A stretch of 64,000 bases of DNA from an uncultured virus (IMG/VR IMGVR_UViG_3300018080_006410) (IMGVR_UViG_3300018080_006410); one strand, 5' to 3'; positions 25,664-35,666 are shown, counted from the first letter of the stretch. The notes: generated by a model from the letters alone, not told the origin. Numbers and translations: made by a program.

Positions 25664-27950
25664 CCGCCTCAGCGGCCGCCTCGTCCCACCTCGCGGCCTC
25701 GTCCTCGTCCGCCGGCCCGTCGCTCCCTTCCCGCAGCTGCCACGCCAGGCCCCGCATGCACTCCGCGTCCCCCATGGCCGCGCCCTTCCGGAGAAGAGCC
25801 CTGATCGTGCCTGCCGGCCTGGCCACCTTGCCCTGCCCGATCAGCCATATCAGGTCCAGGACCGCCTCGGGCATGCCCTCGTCGACGCGCTCCTGGAGCA
25901 TCGACGCCGCCCTCTCCCCGTCCCTCTCCGTCCCGAGGCCCTCCGAGCACGCCCAGGCCAGGTGCCTCACGCACTCGTAGTCGCCCATGCCCCTGCCCCT
26001 CTCCCAGAGCCCCACGGCCCTGGCCATGTCCCGCTCGACGGCCTCGCCCTCCTTGTAGGCCCAGGCCAGGTGCCGCACGCACTCCGCGTCGCCCTCGGCC
26101 GCCCCCCTCTCCCAGAGCTCCACCGCCTTCCCCAGGTCCCGGTCCAGGCCGATCCCCTCCTTGTAGGCCCAGGCCAGGTTGGCCACGCACCTGACGGAGC
26201 CCATCCTGACGCCCCTGGTCCAGAAGTCGACGGCCAGCTTCTCGTTCACCTCCCTGCCGACGCCGTACCGGCATCGGTCCCCTTCCAGCTGGAAATACCT
26301 CCTCATCAGCTCCAGGTGGCAGTCGTCCAGCCTCATGGCCCCGAAGACCCAGCCGTCCTCGTCCGAGCCCAGCGCGTCCTCGACGGCGTGAATGTTGCCG
26401 ACCTTCTCGAAGACGCCCCAGGAGCCGTCCGGAACCACGTCCAGCATCGCCATCAGCTCGGCGTCCCGCTCCGGCGGGGGCCTCGGAGCCCCGACGAACC
26501 CGAGCAGCCTGGCCAGCGCGCCGCGGCGCTCGTGCAGCGCCTTCCCGTCCCCGAACAGGTCCTCGTACCAGAACGTCTCGGCGGACCCGTCCGCGAACCT
26601 CCGCGCCAGCGCCTCCTCGGCCCTGGACGCCATCTCCCCCTCCTCCCCCATCCTCGCCCTCACGGCGTCGACGTCGAGCGTCCAGTCCGGGGCGCCGTCG
26701 CCATGGTCCCCGCGAGCCCAGGCCCGGGCCCTCTCCCTCATCTCCGCCAGGACCGCCCCGCGAAGCCTGTTCCTCCTCCGGAGCAGGACCACCCTCACGG
26801 CGCACCATGGCTCCCGGAGCATCTCCCCCTCGACGGCCGGAGAAGCCGAGCCGGCCCTGTGGACGGCGCAAGTCCTCGGAGCCGCCAGCTCGGCCAGGGC
26901 CCGCGCCGCGTCAGCGGGGGCGTGGGACGCCGTCCTGCGGCCCCTCGGCGACCCGAACGGGTCCCAGGCGCAGGAGAAGCCCTCGACCGAGTCAAGGACG
27001 GCGCAGAGCACCGAGGCCCCCGTCGACGGCATTGCGTGGACCAGGGACAGGCCGGGGACCATCTGCGACGCCATGGCGTCCCATCCCGCGGCCCCGTCCT
27101 CGTCCGCCCCGACCCCGTCGCCGTCCCGGAGGCACCTGGAGACCTCGGCCGCGCAGTCGGCCGACCCCATCCTGGCCCCGGCCATCCACACCCTGAACGC
27201 CTCCTCGGCGCATCCCCCGGAGCAGAGCCTCCCCATGGCGGCCGGGTCCCCGACGCGCCAGCGCTCGCCCCTGGAGACGGCGCCATGAAGCTCCCTCATC
27301 TCGGCCGGCGCCACGCCGACCAGGCCATGGACGTGGTCTCCTGCGACCAGCTCGCCCCTGGTCAGCTCGCCGAACCTCTCCAGCAGGTTCCCGATCATGA
27401 CGGAGTCCATGCCGGAACCCCACCGGAGGTCCTCGACCTCGTCCGGCGGCACCGACCGGAACAGGTCCACGGCCCTCCTGCTCATCACGACCATGCTCCC
27501 GTCCGGGTACGTGGCCGGGAGCGGCTGCCGGAGCGGCTCCCCCTCCCCGCACTTGCGAGCCACCCGTCCCCGGACCCCGTCGACCGACTCCGGCGTCACC
27601 CTCCGCCACGAGCCGACCACGTCGCCTCGCGGGTTGCCGACGATGCCGCGAAGGTCGACGACGTAGGTGTCGTCGTCCACCATGGCGAGCCACTCGAAGT
27701 CGAAGAACGTCGGAACGGCCACCAGCATGGCCCAGACCTTCAGGTGAAGATGGCAGTAGTCGTCCGGAGCGTCCACGTGGAGCCGGGCGCCCTCCAGCCT
27801 CGGCACGTCCGGCCCGTCCCGGCCGACGACCTCGACCACGGCGTAGTCCGCCGGGAGTCCGGACATCCAGGTCTCCCGGCACGCCGCCATCCTGTCCGGA
27901 CGCCCCATCGCGGTCTTCACGCAGACCACGCACGTGACCTTCTCAGCCAT
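25590..27950 (-). CDS. GT31/fringe-like glycosyltransferase fused to a sulfotransferase-like domain and Sel1 repeats
   Basis: RETW...DDY..L..K...VDDDTY; LLRRRNRL...YEDL; repeated LAWAYKEG. Confidence 0.7.
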   Translation of the reverse strand: MAEKVTCVVCVKTAMGRPDRMAACRETWMSGLPADYAVVEVVGRDGPDVPRLEGARLHVDAPDDYCHLHLKVWAMLVAVPTFFDFEWLAMVDDDTYVVDLRGIVGNPRGDVVGSWRRVTPESVDGVRGRVARKCGEGEPLRQPLPATYPDGSMVVMSRRAVDLFRSVPPDEVEDLRWGSGMDSVMIGNLLERFGELTRGELVAGDHVHGLVGVAPAEMRELHGAVSRGERWRVGDPAAMGRLCSGGCAEEAFRVWMAGARMGSADCAAEVSRCLRDGDGVGADEDGAAGWDAMASQMVPGLSLVHAMPSTGASVLCAVLDSVEGFSCAWDPFGSPRGRRTASHAPADAARALAELAAPRTCAVHRAGSASPAVEGEMLREPWCAVRVVLLRRRNRLRGAVLAEMRERARAWARGDHGDGAPDWTLDVDAVRARMGEEGEMASRAEEALARRFADGSAETFWYEDLFGDGKALHERRGALARLLGFVGAPRPPPERDAELMAMLDVVPDGSWGVFEKVGNIHAVEDALGSDEDGWVFGAMRLDDCHLELMRRYFQLEGDRCRYGVGREVNEKLAVDFWTRGVRMGSVRCVANLAWAYKEGIGLDRDLGKAVELWERGAAEGDAECVRHLAWAYKEGEAVERDMARAVGLWERGRGMGDYECVRHLAWACSEGLGTERDGERAASMLQERVDEGMPEAVLDLIWLIGQGKVARPAGTIRALLRKGAAMGDAECMRGLAWQLREGSDGPADEDEAARWDEAAAEAVTGAASPIATPGGSGSGPSRTPSA

Positions 27951-29889
27951 CCCGGGACCTCCCGACGCAATGCAGCTCCCAGTCCACGTCCTCCGAGCAG
28001 AAGTCGCTCCTCACGATCTCGAAGCCCGCGTCGCGCACGACGCCCTCGACCTCCGGACACGACCTCTCGACGGTCATGCAGCGGACGTCCCACTCGTCCC
28101 ACGGGAACGCGTTCAGGACGGCGACCTCCCCGCCCTCCAGGTCCACCGACATGTAGTCTATCCTCCTCGGCGCCCCCGCGCCCCTCAGGACCGAGTCCAG
28201 CGTGTCGGCCGGCGCCTCCCTCGTCGTCGCGCCGCCCCAGTGCTCCCGGTGGTGCTCCTTGAGATGGCCCTCTATGCCGCCGTGGTACCCGGCCTCCGCG
28301 AACCTCTCGAAGCCGACCCTGTCGGACAGGCACACGCACGCGCACGCGCACGTCCTGCTTCTCGACAGGACCGGATAGAACTCGGCGCTTGCCTCGATGC
28401 AGACGCCGTCCCAGCCGAACAGCTTCTCCAGGGCGTAGGTGTTGCTGCCACCGAGGCCGTCCGACGCCCCGGCGTCCACGAAGTAGCCTCCCCGCATGCC
28501 GCCGAGCAGGTCGACCACCCACCTGTCCTGCCCTATCTGGGGGTCCGACCGAAAGACGTCGCCCCGGGCCACGCCGACCCACATGGCCGCCATCTTCCCG
28601 TCCCGGTCCACGCCGATCCCCTCCTTGTAGGCCCACGCCAGGTTCCTCGCGGACTGGACGCTGCCCTTCCACGCGGCGCGCCGCCAGCACTCCACGGCCC
28701 TCGCCAGCATCATGTCACCCATGGCGTGAAGGAAGACCGGCGTCCTCGCCTTCCTCCTGGGCTCGGCCCACCCCTCGCGACCCTTCGGCGCCCGGGACCG
28801 GACCTCCGCGGCCAGCGGCCCCATGACGGCCGTCACGGAGAAGTGGCGCCTGGCGTAGGAGGCAGCCCCCTCCTCCATCGCGACACGCCGGCAATCGTCC
28901 CGAAGGACGGCAACCACCTGCTTCGCGAACGCGGGCCCGTCGTCCTCGACGAGGAACGACGCATCGCTCCTCGTCATGCCGGAACAACCCTCCGACGTGC
29001 AGACGACCGCCTTGCCGGCCGCCAGGGCCTCGACCGTCTTGATCTTGAGGCCGGTGCCCAGCGCCACCGGGTTGACCACCACCTTCGCCTGGGCGTAGGC
29101 CGAGGCCAGGTCGTCGACGAAGCCGACGGGCTCGACTCCCTTGAACGCCGAGAAGTCGTCGATCCCGGCCACCTTCCCGTATACCTTCAGGACCGCGTCC
29201 GGGACCTCGTCCAGGACCAGCGGCCACGTCTCCTCCACGAACTTCCGCAGGCAGTGCTCGTTGGACGGGTTGTCGGAGCCCACGAACATCACCTCGTCGC
29301 GGACGGCGACACGAATCGCCGGCGGCTCGTCGACCCAGTGCCCCGCGACCACGACGCACGTCCCGGGCATCATGTCCCGGAACTCCACGGCCTCGTCCTC
29401 CTGGATGGCCACGACGACGTCGGCCCCGGACAGGATCGCGGCCTCCTCCTCCCGACTCACCCTGATCCACGGCTCGATGTCGTGATCCTCGTATATCTCC
29501 CGCCGGCGGTGCATCAGGTCGTGGGTGTCCACCACCCTGACGACCCCCTGCGGGACGCACCTCAGGGCCGGGGCCATCCAGACGTACTCCGCCACGGCCG
29601 CCACGGCCGAGTGCCTGGCGCACGCGTCGGCCACCGGGACCAGGTAGCTCCAGAAGTCGAAGTGGTCCAGGTCCATGCAGTAGTCCCAGAGCGGGCCGTC
29701 CCCGACCAGGACCAGGTCGTCGACCAGGTCCCCGGCCGCGGCCACCCCGGCAAGGGAGCTGCCGACCAGGCACACCCGGAAACCCGAGGCCCTCCATCCC
29801 TTCAGCATCCTGACGATCCTCGCGTCGCACCCGTGCTCCGGAGGCCAGACGTTCCTCTCGGTGACAACGACGACCCACTCCTCAGACAT
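27943..29889 (-). CDS. GT4 glycosyltransferase fused to a Sel1 repeat and an FkbM-family methyltransferase
   Basis: GTGLKIKTVEAL; NLAWAYKEG; FVDAGASDG...IDYMSVDLEG. Confidence 0.82.
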   Translation of the reverse strand: MSEEWVVVVTERNVWPPEHGCDARIVRMLKGWRASGFRVCLVGSSLAGVAAAGDLVDDLVLVGDGPLWDYCMDLDHFDFWSYLVPVADACARHSAVAAVAEYVWMAPALRCVPQGVVRVVDTHDLMHRRREIYEDHDIEPWIRVSREEEAAILSGADVVVAIQEDEAVEFRDMMPGTCVVVAGHWVDEPPAIRVAVRDEVMFVGSDNPSNEHCLRKFVEETWPLVLDEVPDAVLKVYGKVAGIDDFSAFKGVEPVGFVDDLASAYAQAKVVVNPVALGTGLKIKTVEALAAGKAVVCTSEGCSGMTRSDASFLVEDDGPAFAKQVVAVLRDDCRRVAMEEGAASYARRHFSVTAVMGPLAAEVRSRAPKGREGWAEPRRKARTPVFLHAMGDMMLARAVECWRRAAWKGSVQSARNLAWAYKEGIGVDRDGKMAAMWVGVARGDVFRSDPQIGQDRWVVDLLGGMRGGYFVDAGASDGLGGSNTYALEKLFGWDGVCIEASAEFYPVLSRSRTCACACVCLSDRVGFERFAEAGYHGGIEGHLKEHHREHWGGATTREAPADTLDSVLRGAGAPRRIDYMSVDLEGGEVAVLNAFPWDEWDVRCMTVERSCPEVEGVVRDAGFEIVRSDFCSEDVDWELHCVGRSRDG

Positions 29890-30472
29890 TGTACCTAGGC
29901 CTTTCCTTTATCACCTTTCTGGCTACATCTATCTGGTACTTGGGCAAATGCGAAACATCTTCGCCTCTTCTTATCTGAAAGATCGTCTCAGCAAGATAGG
30001 CGAGCACACATCCATCGGCCTGGTTGTCGTCCTTCGCCTCGACGCCCCACTTCCGGTACACCTCCCGGACGATGATGCTCTTCTGGACCCCCGAGCCCTT
30101 GCCGCAGGCGTACTTCTTGAGCTGGCCATCCCCGACCACGAAGAACGGGAAGCCCGCCTCCACCAGGGCCACGCGCACCACCCCGGCCAGCTGCGCCAGG
30201 TTGATGGCCTGCCTGATCCTGGCCTGCTGCCGGGGCATGAAGATGTCCTCGACGCAGACCATGGCGGTGCAGGCCGGGATGCGGGACATCACCTCGTCCC
30301 TGATGTGCGCCAACCTCAGCAGGTCGCTCCCGCACGTCCTCGGCGTCGTCCTCAGCGTCTCAACCGATATCACCTGACCCTGCCTAACGCAGACCCCCGT
30401 CGCCGCCAGGGACAAGTCTAGCCCCACCGTCGCATGAGTCACCGGCACCCTCTGAAACTCCATGTCAGCCAT
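29882..30472 (-). CDS. RuvC-like Holliday junction resolvase
   Basis: GLDLSLAATG, VED, LKKYACGKG...K, DDNQAD. Confidence 0.8.
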   Translation of the reverse strand: MADMEFQRVPVTHATVGLDLSLAATGVCVRQGQVISVETLRTTPRTCGSDLLRLAHIRDEVMSRIPACTAMVCVEDIFMPRQQARIRQAINLAQLAGVVRVALVEAGFPFFVVGDGQLKKYACGKGSGVQKSIIVREVYRKWGVEAKDDNQADGCVLAYLAETIFQIRRGEDVSHLPKYQIDVARKVIKERPRYNV

Positions 30473-31211
30473 AGCGCTCCTTGAACCTTTGCTTCTTGCT
30501 CTTCTTGGCCTCCGCGCACCTGGGCAGGTACGGGCACCACGGACACAGCGCCGACGGAGACGCCACGGGATCGTCACAGGCCCTTATCTCGGCCGCCAGG
30601 TCGATCAGGACCTTCCGGTCTCGCCTCGCGTCCTCAGCCGTCTTCAGCACTCTCTGGACCCTGTGACGCAGCACCCAGAAGGAGACCCTGACGTTCCCCG
30701 TCACCGCATACTTGTCCCGGACGGCGATGTTGTAGATGCGGGCCTGCCAGTCCTCGGGCAGCTTCGCGTCGTCGAACTCCCGCTTCTGGCTCTTGTAGTC
30801 CAGGACGTCCAGGCCGCCGGCCATGGAGTCCACCCGGTCGATGTAGCCGACCGCCTTCACGTCCTCGGCCAGCTCCACGTCGAACCCGACCTCGCACTCC
30901 ATGGTGCTGCCAACCCTCCTCAGGGCGCCCCACCGGATGCCGTTCCCTACCAGCTCCAGGGCGAGCGGCCACAGGTCCGCATCCACCTTGAACTTCTCGC
31001 AGGCCGGCTCGACCGTCTCCAGGAGGTTCACGACCTGTCCGCCTATCATTTTCAGGACGCCGTCCTCGAAGACCCAGTGGATGGCCTTCCCCATGATGGT
31101 CAGGGGATGAGGCTCGCCCTCCGGCACCTTCAGGTCGTAGATGGCGTGGTACTTGAGCTGGCACTGCTCGTAGGTCTTGATCCTCGACGCCGACAGGTGT
31201 TCAACCTTCAA
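30465..31211 (-). CDS. PD-(D/E)XK (RecB-like) nuclease
   Basis: LSASRIKTYEQC, GYIDRVD, DYKS, QARIY, CPWCPYLPRC. Confidence 0.85.
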   Translation of the reverse strand: MKVEHLSASRIKTYEQCQLKYHAIYDLKVPEGEPHPLTIMGKAIHWVFEDGVLKMIGGQVVNLLETVEPACEKFKVDADLWPLALELVGNGIRWGALRRVGSTMECEVGFDVELAEDVKAVGYIDRVDSMAGGLDVLDYKSQKREFDDAKLPEDWQARIYNIAVRDKYAVTGNVRVSFWVLRHRVQRVLKTAEDARRDRKVLIDLAAEIRACDDPVASPSALCPWCPYLPRCAEAKKSKKQRFKERYG

Positions 31212-31431
31212 TTTCCTCGTCTCCCGCCTGCACGGCTCCCTTGAGCTCGTTGTTCATGATCATGGCCTTCATGACCTCCTCGCCTTCCTCCCGGGCCTTC
31301 TCGGCGAAGGCCTTGGCATGCCCCTCCCGGTCGGCGACCGCGTGGACGGTCCTGTCCCCGCCAGGCTCCCCGAGGTCGATCCCAAAGAGCGGAGCCGGCA
31401 GCCCGAGCCCCTCGACCATCCCCCGGATCAT
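31201..31431 (-). CDS. Hypothetical protein
   Basis: ATG overlaps the rmlC stop; fills the gap. Confidence 0.45.
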   Translation of the reverse strand: MIRGMVEGLGLPAPLFGIDLGEPGGDRTVHAVADREGHAKAFAEKAREEGEEVMKAMIMNNELKGAVQAGDEEIEG

Positions 31432-32042
31432 GCCGTCGGCGAAGGCTCGCAGCTCCCCAGAGTCGGAAGCGCCATGTCCCTCTTCGACAGGCTCATGCCC
31501 TCCTTCCGGGACCAATGTCCGGCCATCAGCCACTCCTCGATCCCTATCTCCGGATCGTCCCATCTCACGCCCCTCTCGTTCTCCTTCTCCCGGTAGCAGT
31601 CCACCTTGTAGGAGAAGACGGTCGGCTGCCCCGTCGCCAGAAAGCCGTGGGCGAAGCCGGCCGGTATGTACATCTGCCACTTGCTCTCATGGTTCAGGCA
31701 GGCGACTCCCCACTCCCCGAAGGTTGGAGACCCCTCCCTGACATCCATCACGAAGTCGTACGCGGCCCCGCTGGACACCCGGACCAGCTTGGCCTGCCCA
31801 GGGTTCCCGATCTGGTAGTGGAGGCCCCTGAAGGTCCCCATGGCCGACATGGACTCGTTGTCCTGAACAAAGGCGCCGACCTTCGAGCCTAGCGCCTCGT
31901 GGAAGTCCCGCTCGTTGAACGTCTCCACGAAATACCCGCGGCCGTCCCTGTGGACCTCCGGCTTCAGCACCACCGGAGCGCCCCTCACCTTCTCCAGGCT
32001 CTCGCCCATCCAGCGCAGGCCATTCTCAACTTTCCGCATCAT
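31428..32042 (-). CDS. rmlC: dTDP-4-dehydrorhamnose 3,5-epimerase
   Basis: DGRGYF, FVQDNES, RGLHYQ, QAKLVRV, GFAHGF. Confidence 0.93.
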   Translation of the reverse strand: MMRKVENGLRWMGESLEKVRGAPVVLKPEVHRDGRGYFVETFNERDFHEALGSKVGAFVQDNESMSAMGTFRGLHYQIGNPGQAKLVRVSSGAAYDFVMDVREGSPTFGEWGVACLNHESKWQMYIPAGFAHGFLATGQPTVFSYKVDCYREKENERGVRWDDPEIGIEEWLMAGHWSRKEGMSLSKRDMALPTLGSCEPSPTA

Positions 32043-32307
32043 CGGTCTCCCCTCCGCTCAGGATCGCCTCCGCGCTAGCTATCGCCTTGTCCGCCTCGGA
32101 CATGAGGTCCGTCGCCAAGATCCGAAGCTCAGAGGGCTCGCAGTCGAACTCATCATGGGACCGCTTCTCCAGCTCGGCCACGCGCTTCTGCTTGGCTTCC
32201 AGCTCCCCACCGATCCTCTCACGCCGCCGGCCAACGTCGGCCGCCTCGGACCGAACCTTCCTCAGACGCTCCAGCTTCCTTTCAACATCCTGCGTTACCT
32301 CACTCAT
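32026..32307 (-). CDS. Small coiled-coil protein
   Basis: MSEVTQDVERK..., heptad-rich; AGGAGG RBS. Confidence 0.65.
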   Translation of the reverse strand: MSEVTQDVERKLERLRKVRSEAADVGRRRERIGGELEAKQKRVAELEKRSHDEFDCEPSELRILATDLMSEADKAIASAEAILSGGETDDAES

Positions 32308-32732
32308 CCCTGCGCCTCCTTTTCCGGATAGCCACCATACAACGTCCCGTCCAGCATGCCAGCCAGGAAGGCCGGATCGACGCACCTTATCTCGCCCTTG
32401 CTGCCGTGCCGGCAGTCGTCCCTCCGGCACGGGCACGGTCCCATGAACAAGTCGAAATCCGCCTTCCGAAAGCCCTCGCCGGACACGACAAACTGAACCC
32501 CGGGACAGCGCGCCGCCTTGTTCTCGCAGAAGAGGACATAGGCGCTCGCCGACCCTTCCGGCTCCTTCTCCGGCTTGAACATCGCGATATGCCTCTTGAC
32601 GATCCTGGTAAGCGACCCGTCGTCGTCGCCCCTGAGATAGACGATGTCCTTCTCGTCCGCCATGAGCACGCCGCTCACCGGACCCACCCCGACGACGACC
32701 ATCTTGATCCTTCCGCCGACCAGCTTCCTCAT
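32304..32732 (-). CDS. Hypothetical protein with Cys-rich C-terminus
   Basis: Overlaps neighbours at both ends. Confidence 0.6.
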   Translation of the reverse strand: MRKLVGGRIKMVVVGVGPVSGVLMADEKDIVYLRGDDDGSLTRIVKRHIAMFKPEKEPEGSASAYVLFCENKAARCPGVQFVVSGEGFRKADFDLFMGPCPCRRDDCRHGSKGEIRCVDPAFLAGMLDGTLYGGYPEKEAQG

Positions 32733-34081
32733 CACCCGATTCCCTTCTCCTTCAGGACCGACTCGACGTCGCCCTTGTCCAAAACCGGTATGCGCACCCG
32801 CTTCAGGCACTCGGGGCCGATCGGCTCCATCGTCAGCGGGCACACGTCGAAAGACGCCATCAGCTCGAACTCCTCCCTGGTCAGCTTCTCATCGTCGACA
32901 TCCAGAGAGCCGAGATGCCCCTCCAGGACGTCGATCTCCGCCTGGAGCTTCCCGGTCTCCGCGGACAGGATCGCCGCCCCCCTGGCCCTCGCCACCAGCG
33001 TGTGCGCCCTGTCCGCCGCGGCCATGGCCGCCCTCTCATCCGGAAGGGCGACCGACTCCGCCTCCAAGGCGTCCCGGGCCAGCATCTCGGACTCCAAGGA
33101 GCCAAGCAGCTCCGACACCCGTCGCGCCCTGTCCATCATGGCCGGCGTCGACTCCACGGCCTTGCTCGCCGCGACCTCGTCGGGCAGCTTCCTCAAGACG
33201 TCCTCGACGCAGTCTATCTCGGCCGTCAGCGACAACCACGAGACATGGTCCTCCTCGGCCCTCCTCGCCCCCCGGACCGCCTCCTCGATCATGTCGGCCA
33301 TCACCCGGACCACGTCCTCGTCAGGAAGACGTGCCAGCTCCAGGACCATCAAGGCCGTCTCCGCCTCCAGCGTCTCGTGTTCGTCGGCCATGGAGTCGGC
33401 CGTCTCGGAGGCCCAGCGCAGGTCCCTGCTCCTCTTCAGCAGGTCCCCGGCCCTCTTGACTATCTCCGCCTCCGCCATGAGCTCGGTCGCGTCGTGCTTC
33501 TGCTTGCGGAACTCCTTGGCCTTGTCCTCCTGCTGCTTGACCTCACGCCCCCACCTGTGATTGTCGAGGCTCACTTCCTTGATGAGCCCCTCGATCCCGG
33601 ACAGGCCGGAGACCTCGTCGACCACCTGGGCCCTGACGGACCCCGATGCGTCCTTGCTCCCAAGCCCCGCCAGCAGGAAGTGCGACTCCAGCTGGTCCAT
33701 GATGTTGACCGGCACGTCCACGTCCCCGAGGGTGACGAGGCCGAAGCCGAGCACGTCCATCGCCTCCTTCAGCGGAGCCTTCCCGATGTTCTTGAACTCC
33801 TGCACCCCCGCATTGGTCGTCACCGTCCACTCGTTGACCCCCTTGCCCCTCCTGCACCTGACGACGCCGCGCTCGGTCTGGGCCTCGACGACGCAGAACT
33901 TGCTCCCGACGCGAACGGACTGCGGGTCGAAGTCGTTGTAGCCCAGCAGCTCCAGCGCCCGAAGAACGCTCGATTTTCCTGCGTTTGACTCCCCGAAAAG
34001 AAGGTTGAAGCCCGGCGACAACCCGTCAATGAGGGTGTGCTCGTGGCTCTCCCAGTCCCAAAGCTCTATTCGTTCCAGCAT
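32732..34081 (-). CDS. SbcC/Rad50-like ATPase, N-terminal half
   Basis: GESNAGKS Walker A, NIMDQL Q-loop, coiled coil ending CPLT; no signature or Walker B motif. Confidence 0.8.
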   Translation of the reverse strand: MLERIELWDWESHEHTLIDGLSPGFNLLFGESNAGKSSVLRALELLGYNDFDPQSVRVGSKFCVVEAQTERGVVRCRRGKGVNEWTVTTNAGVQEFKNIGKAPLKEAMDVLGFGLVTLGDVDVPVNIMDQLESHFLLAGLGSKDASGSVRAQVVDEVSGLSGIEGLIKEVSLDNHRWGREVKQQEDKAKEFRKQKHDATELMAEAEIVKRAGDLLKRSRDLRWASETADSMADEHETLEAETALMVLELARLPDEDVVRVMADMIEEAVRGARRAEEDHVSWLSLTAEIDCVEDVLRKLPDEVAASKAVESTPAMMDRARRVSELLGSLESEMLARDALEAESVALPDERAAMAAADRAHTLVARARGAAILSAETGKLQAEIDVLEGHLGSLDVDDEKLTREEFELMASFDVCPLTMEPIGPECLKRVRIPVLDKGDVESVLKEKGIG

Positions 34082-34097
34082 ACGCACCTCCTAAGAG

Positions 34098-34107
34098 ATT
34101 ATACGCC
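34098..34107 (-). promoter_or_regulatory. GGCGTATAAT -10 element
   Basis: Followed by AGGAGG and the ATG of the SbcC-like gene. Confidence 0.55.
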
Positions 34108-34135
34108 TTTCGAAGGACGATGCCGGCCCAAACCG

Positions 34136-34720
34136 CTACTTCTTTCTCGAAATGTAACCCCACAACCCCGGATAGCGCTCCTTCTGGTGATCGACGTACG
34201 CCTTCCCTTCCTTGAGGCCACGTCCGGACCTGGTCCGGACCGCCTTGACCATGACGATGAGCTCCCCCCTCTGAAACGCCATCCTCTCATCCTCCGGCCA
34301 GTCCTCGTACGGAAGCTCGAAATCCAGCACGCGGTCGGCCGGAGCCTTCGACTGGCTCCCGGCCGGCCTGCCCGGCTCGTCCACCGGCCTCACGGAAGGC
34401 GTGTACTTGCCGTCGTACATCCACCTCTCCATCTCCTCGACCGCCACGGCGACGCAGCACCGCATGACGTGCGACTCCTGGTCGTCGCCCTCGATGGACT
34501 CGATCATCTCGTTGAGCCTGTCCCGGACCCCGACCACCCTGTCAGAAGGCGCACCCATGGTCTTTGCTCCCTTCCTCGAGTCTATGAACGCCATCATCTC
34601 GCGCTTGGTGCCGAATCTCCCGACTATCGTCTCCCGGTCGTCCTCGAAGGCGACCCACTTTCGAGCCGTGGAAACCCCACCATGCTTGTAATAGACGCCG
34701 TTGTGGTATCCAACGCTCAT
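34136..34720 (-). CDS. Hypothetical protein with a ribosomal L7/L12 C-terminal-like motif
   Basis: IVMVKAVRTRSGRGLKEGKAYVD. Confidence 0.55.
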   Translation of the reverse strand: MSVGYHNGVYYKHGGVSTARKWVAFEDDRETIVGRFGTKREMMAFIDSRKGAKTMGAPSDRVVGVRDRLNEMIESIEGDDQESHVMRCCVAVAVEEMERWMYDGKYTPSVRPVDEPGRPAGSQSKAPADRVLDFELPYEDWPEDERMAFQRGELIVMVKAVRTRSGRGLKEGKAYVDHQKERYPGLWGYISRKK

Positions 34721-35304
34721 GAGTTCCTCCGGAACCTGTCGAACGCCCCGCTCGCCCTCGTGCGATTAAGGATACCCTTGGCGCTCGCCTCCCGCGCCCC
34801 CGGAGTTATGTCGATCCTCAAGAACCGCGACCGGAAGCAGTTCCGCGGCTCGCCGTCCGGTCCCGTCACGACGACGATGTCCCCGTCGTCCGGGTCCTCG
34901 ACCCCGTCGTACTCGACGTCCGGCTCGAAGACGTCCTCTAACCCCGTCACGTCCCTGAAGACGACCACCCTCCGGTTCTTCTCACGCTCCACCATGCCGA
35001 GAAAGTCGGCCGGTCCCATCACGCTATCGAGGTCCGGCGCCAGCTTCGACCTGACGACGTCCGGAAGCTCATGCTCCGACACCTCCCTCGCCTTCTTCTT
35101 CAGCATCTTCATGCGGGCGAGGGTCCTGAGCCTGTCCTCGGCCGCCTTCCTGGACCGAAAGACGGCCTTCACCGTGACCTCCCGAACGGAGCCGTCCAGA
35201 TTCACGCTGAGCCCCCGGACCTCGTGCCCCGCCTCCGTCCTCGGCACCTTGAGCACCGAGTAGACGAAGTATGTCCCGTCCGGCATGATCATGGCCCTGT
35301 TCAA
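34717..35304 (-). CDS. Hypothetical protein
   Basis: 195-aa ORF preceded by a -10-like element and GGAGG. Confidence 0.6.
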   Translation of the reverse strand: MNRAMIMPDGTYFVYSVLKVPRTEAGHEVRGLSVNLDGSVREVTVKAVFRSRKAAEDRLRTLARMKMLKKKAREVSEHELPDVVRSKLAPDLDSVMGPADFLGMVEREKNRRVVVFRDVTGLEDVFEPDVEYDGVEDPDDGDIVVVTGPDGEPRNCFRSRFLRIDITPGAREASAKGILNRTRASGAFDRFRRNS

Positions 35305-35322
35305 CTCGTCACCTCCACGACA

Positions 35323-35646
35323 TTATACGGCCCAGCCCATGGCTTCCGCGGGCCCCCCGCACCTCGGACAAGTCACGTTCCCGTTCGCGTCGCGGTCGGG
35401 CTCGCCACCGTCGAGGAACTCGGCCCACCCGCAATGGTCGTCGGCCCTGACGCGCCGGATGTGCTTGCAGTCGCCCCTCCGGTAGCGGAACGCCGGGCAG
35501 GTGCAATGCCAGTTGGACCGGCACGGCCCCGGGTTCTGTCTGCTCAGGGTGACGACGTACGTCTCGCCGTGGCTCCCGGCCACCTCCTTGGAAAGCTCCA
35601 AGGCGGACCGGCAGTGGTGGTAGGTCTCGATCGTTAGGTCAGGCAT
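35323..35646 (-). CDS. SWIM zinc-finger protein
   Basis: CTCPAF...CKHI plus CPRCG; AGGAGG RBS. Confidence 0.78.
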   Translation of the reverse strand: MPDLTIETYHHCRSALELSKEVAGSHGETYVVTLSRQNPGPCRSNWHCTCPAFRYRRGDCKHIRRVRADDHCGWAEFLDGGEPDRDANGNVTCPRCGGPAEAMGWAV

Positions 35647-35666
35647 CTCGTAATCCTCCTACCCCT

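Noticed and set aside
29882..30472. RuvC domain as TnpB or Cas12
   Set aside because: Short standalone resolvase-type protein with no zinc finger or transposon ends.
30465..31211. PD-(D/E)XK nuclease as Cas4 of a CRISPR system
   Set aside because: No cas1, cas2 or array nearby; the RuvC and SbcC context fits phage recombination.
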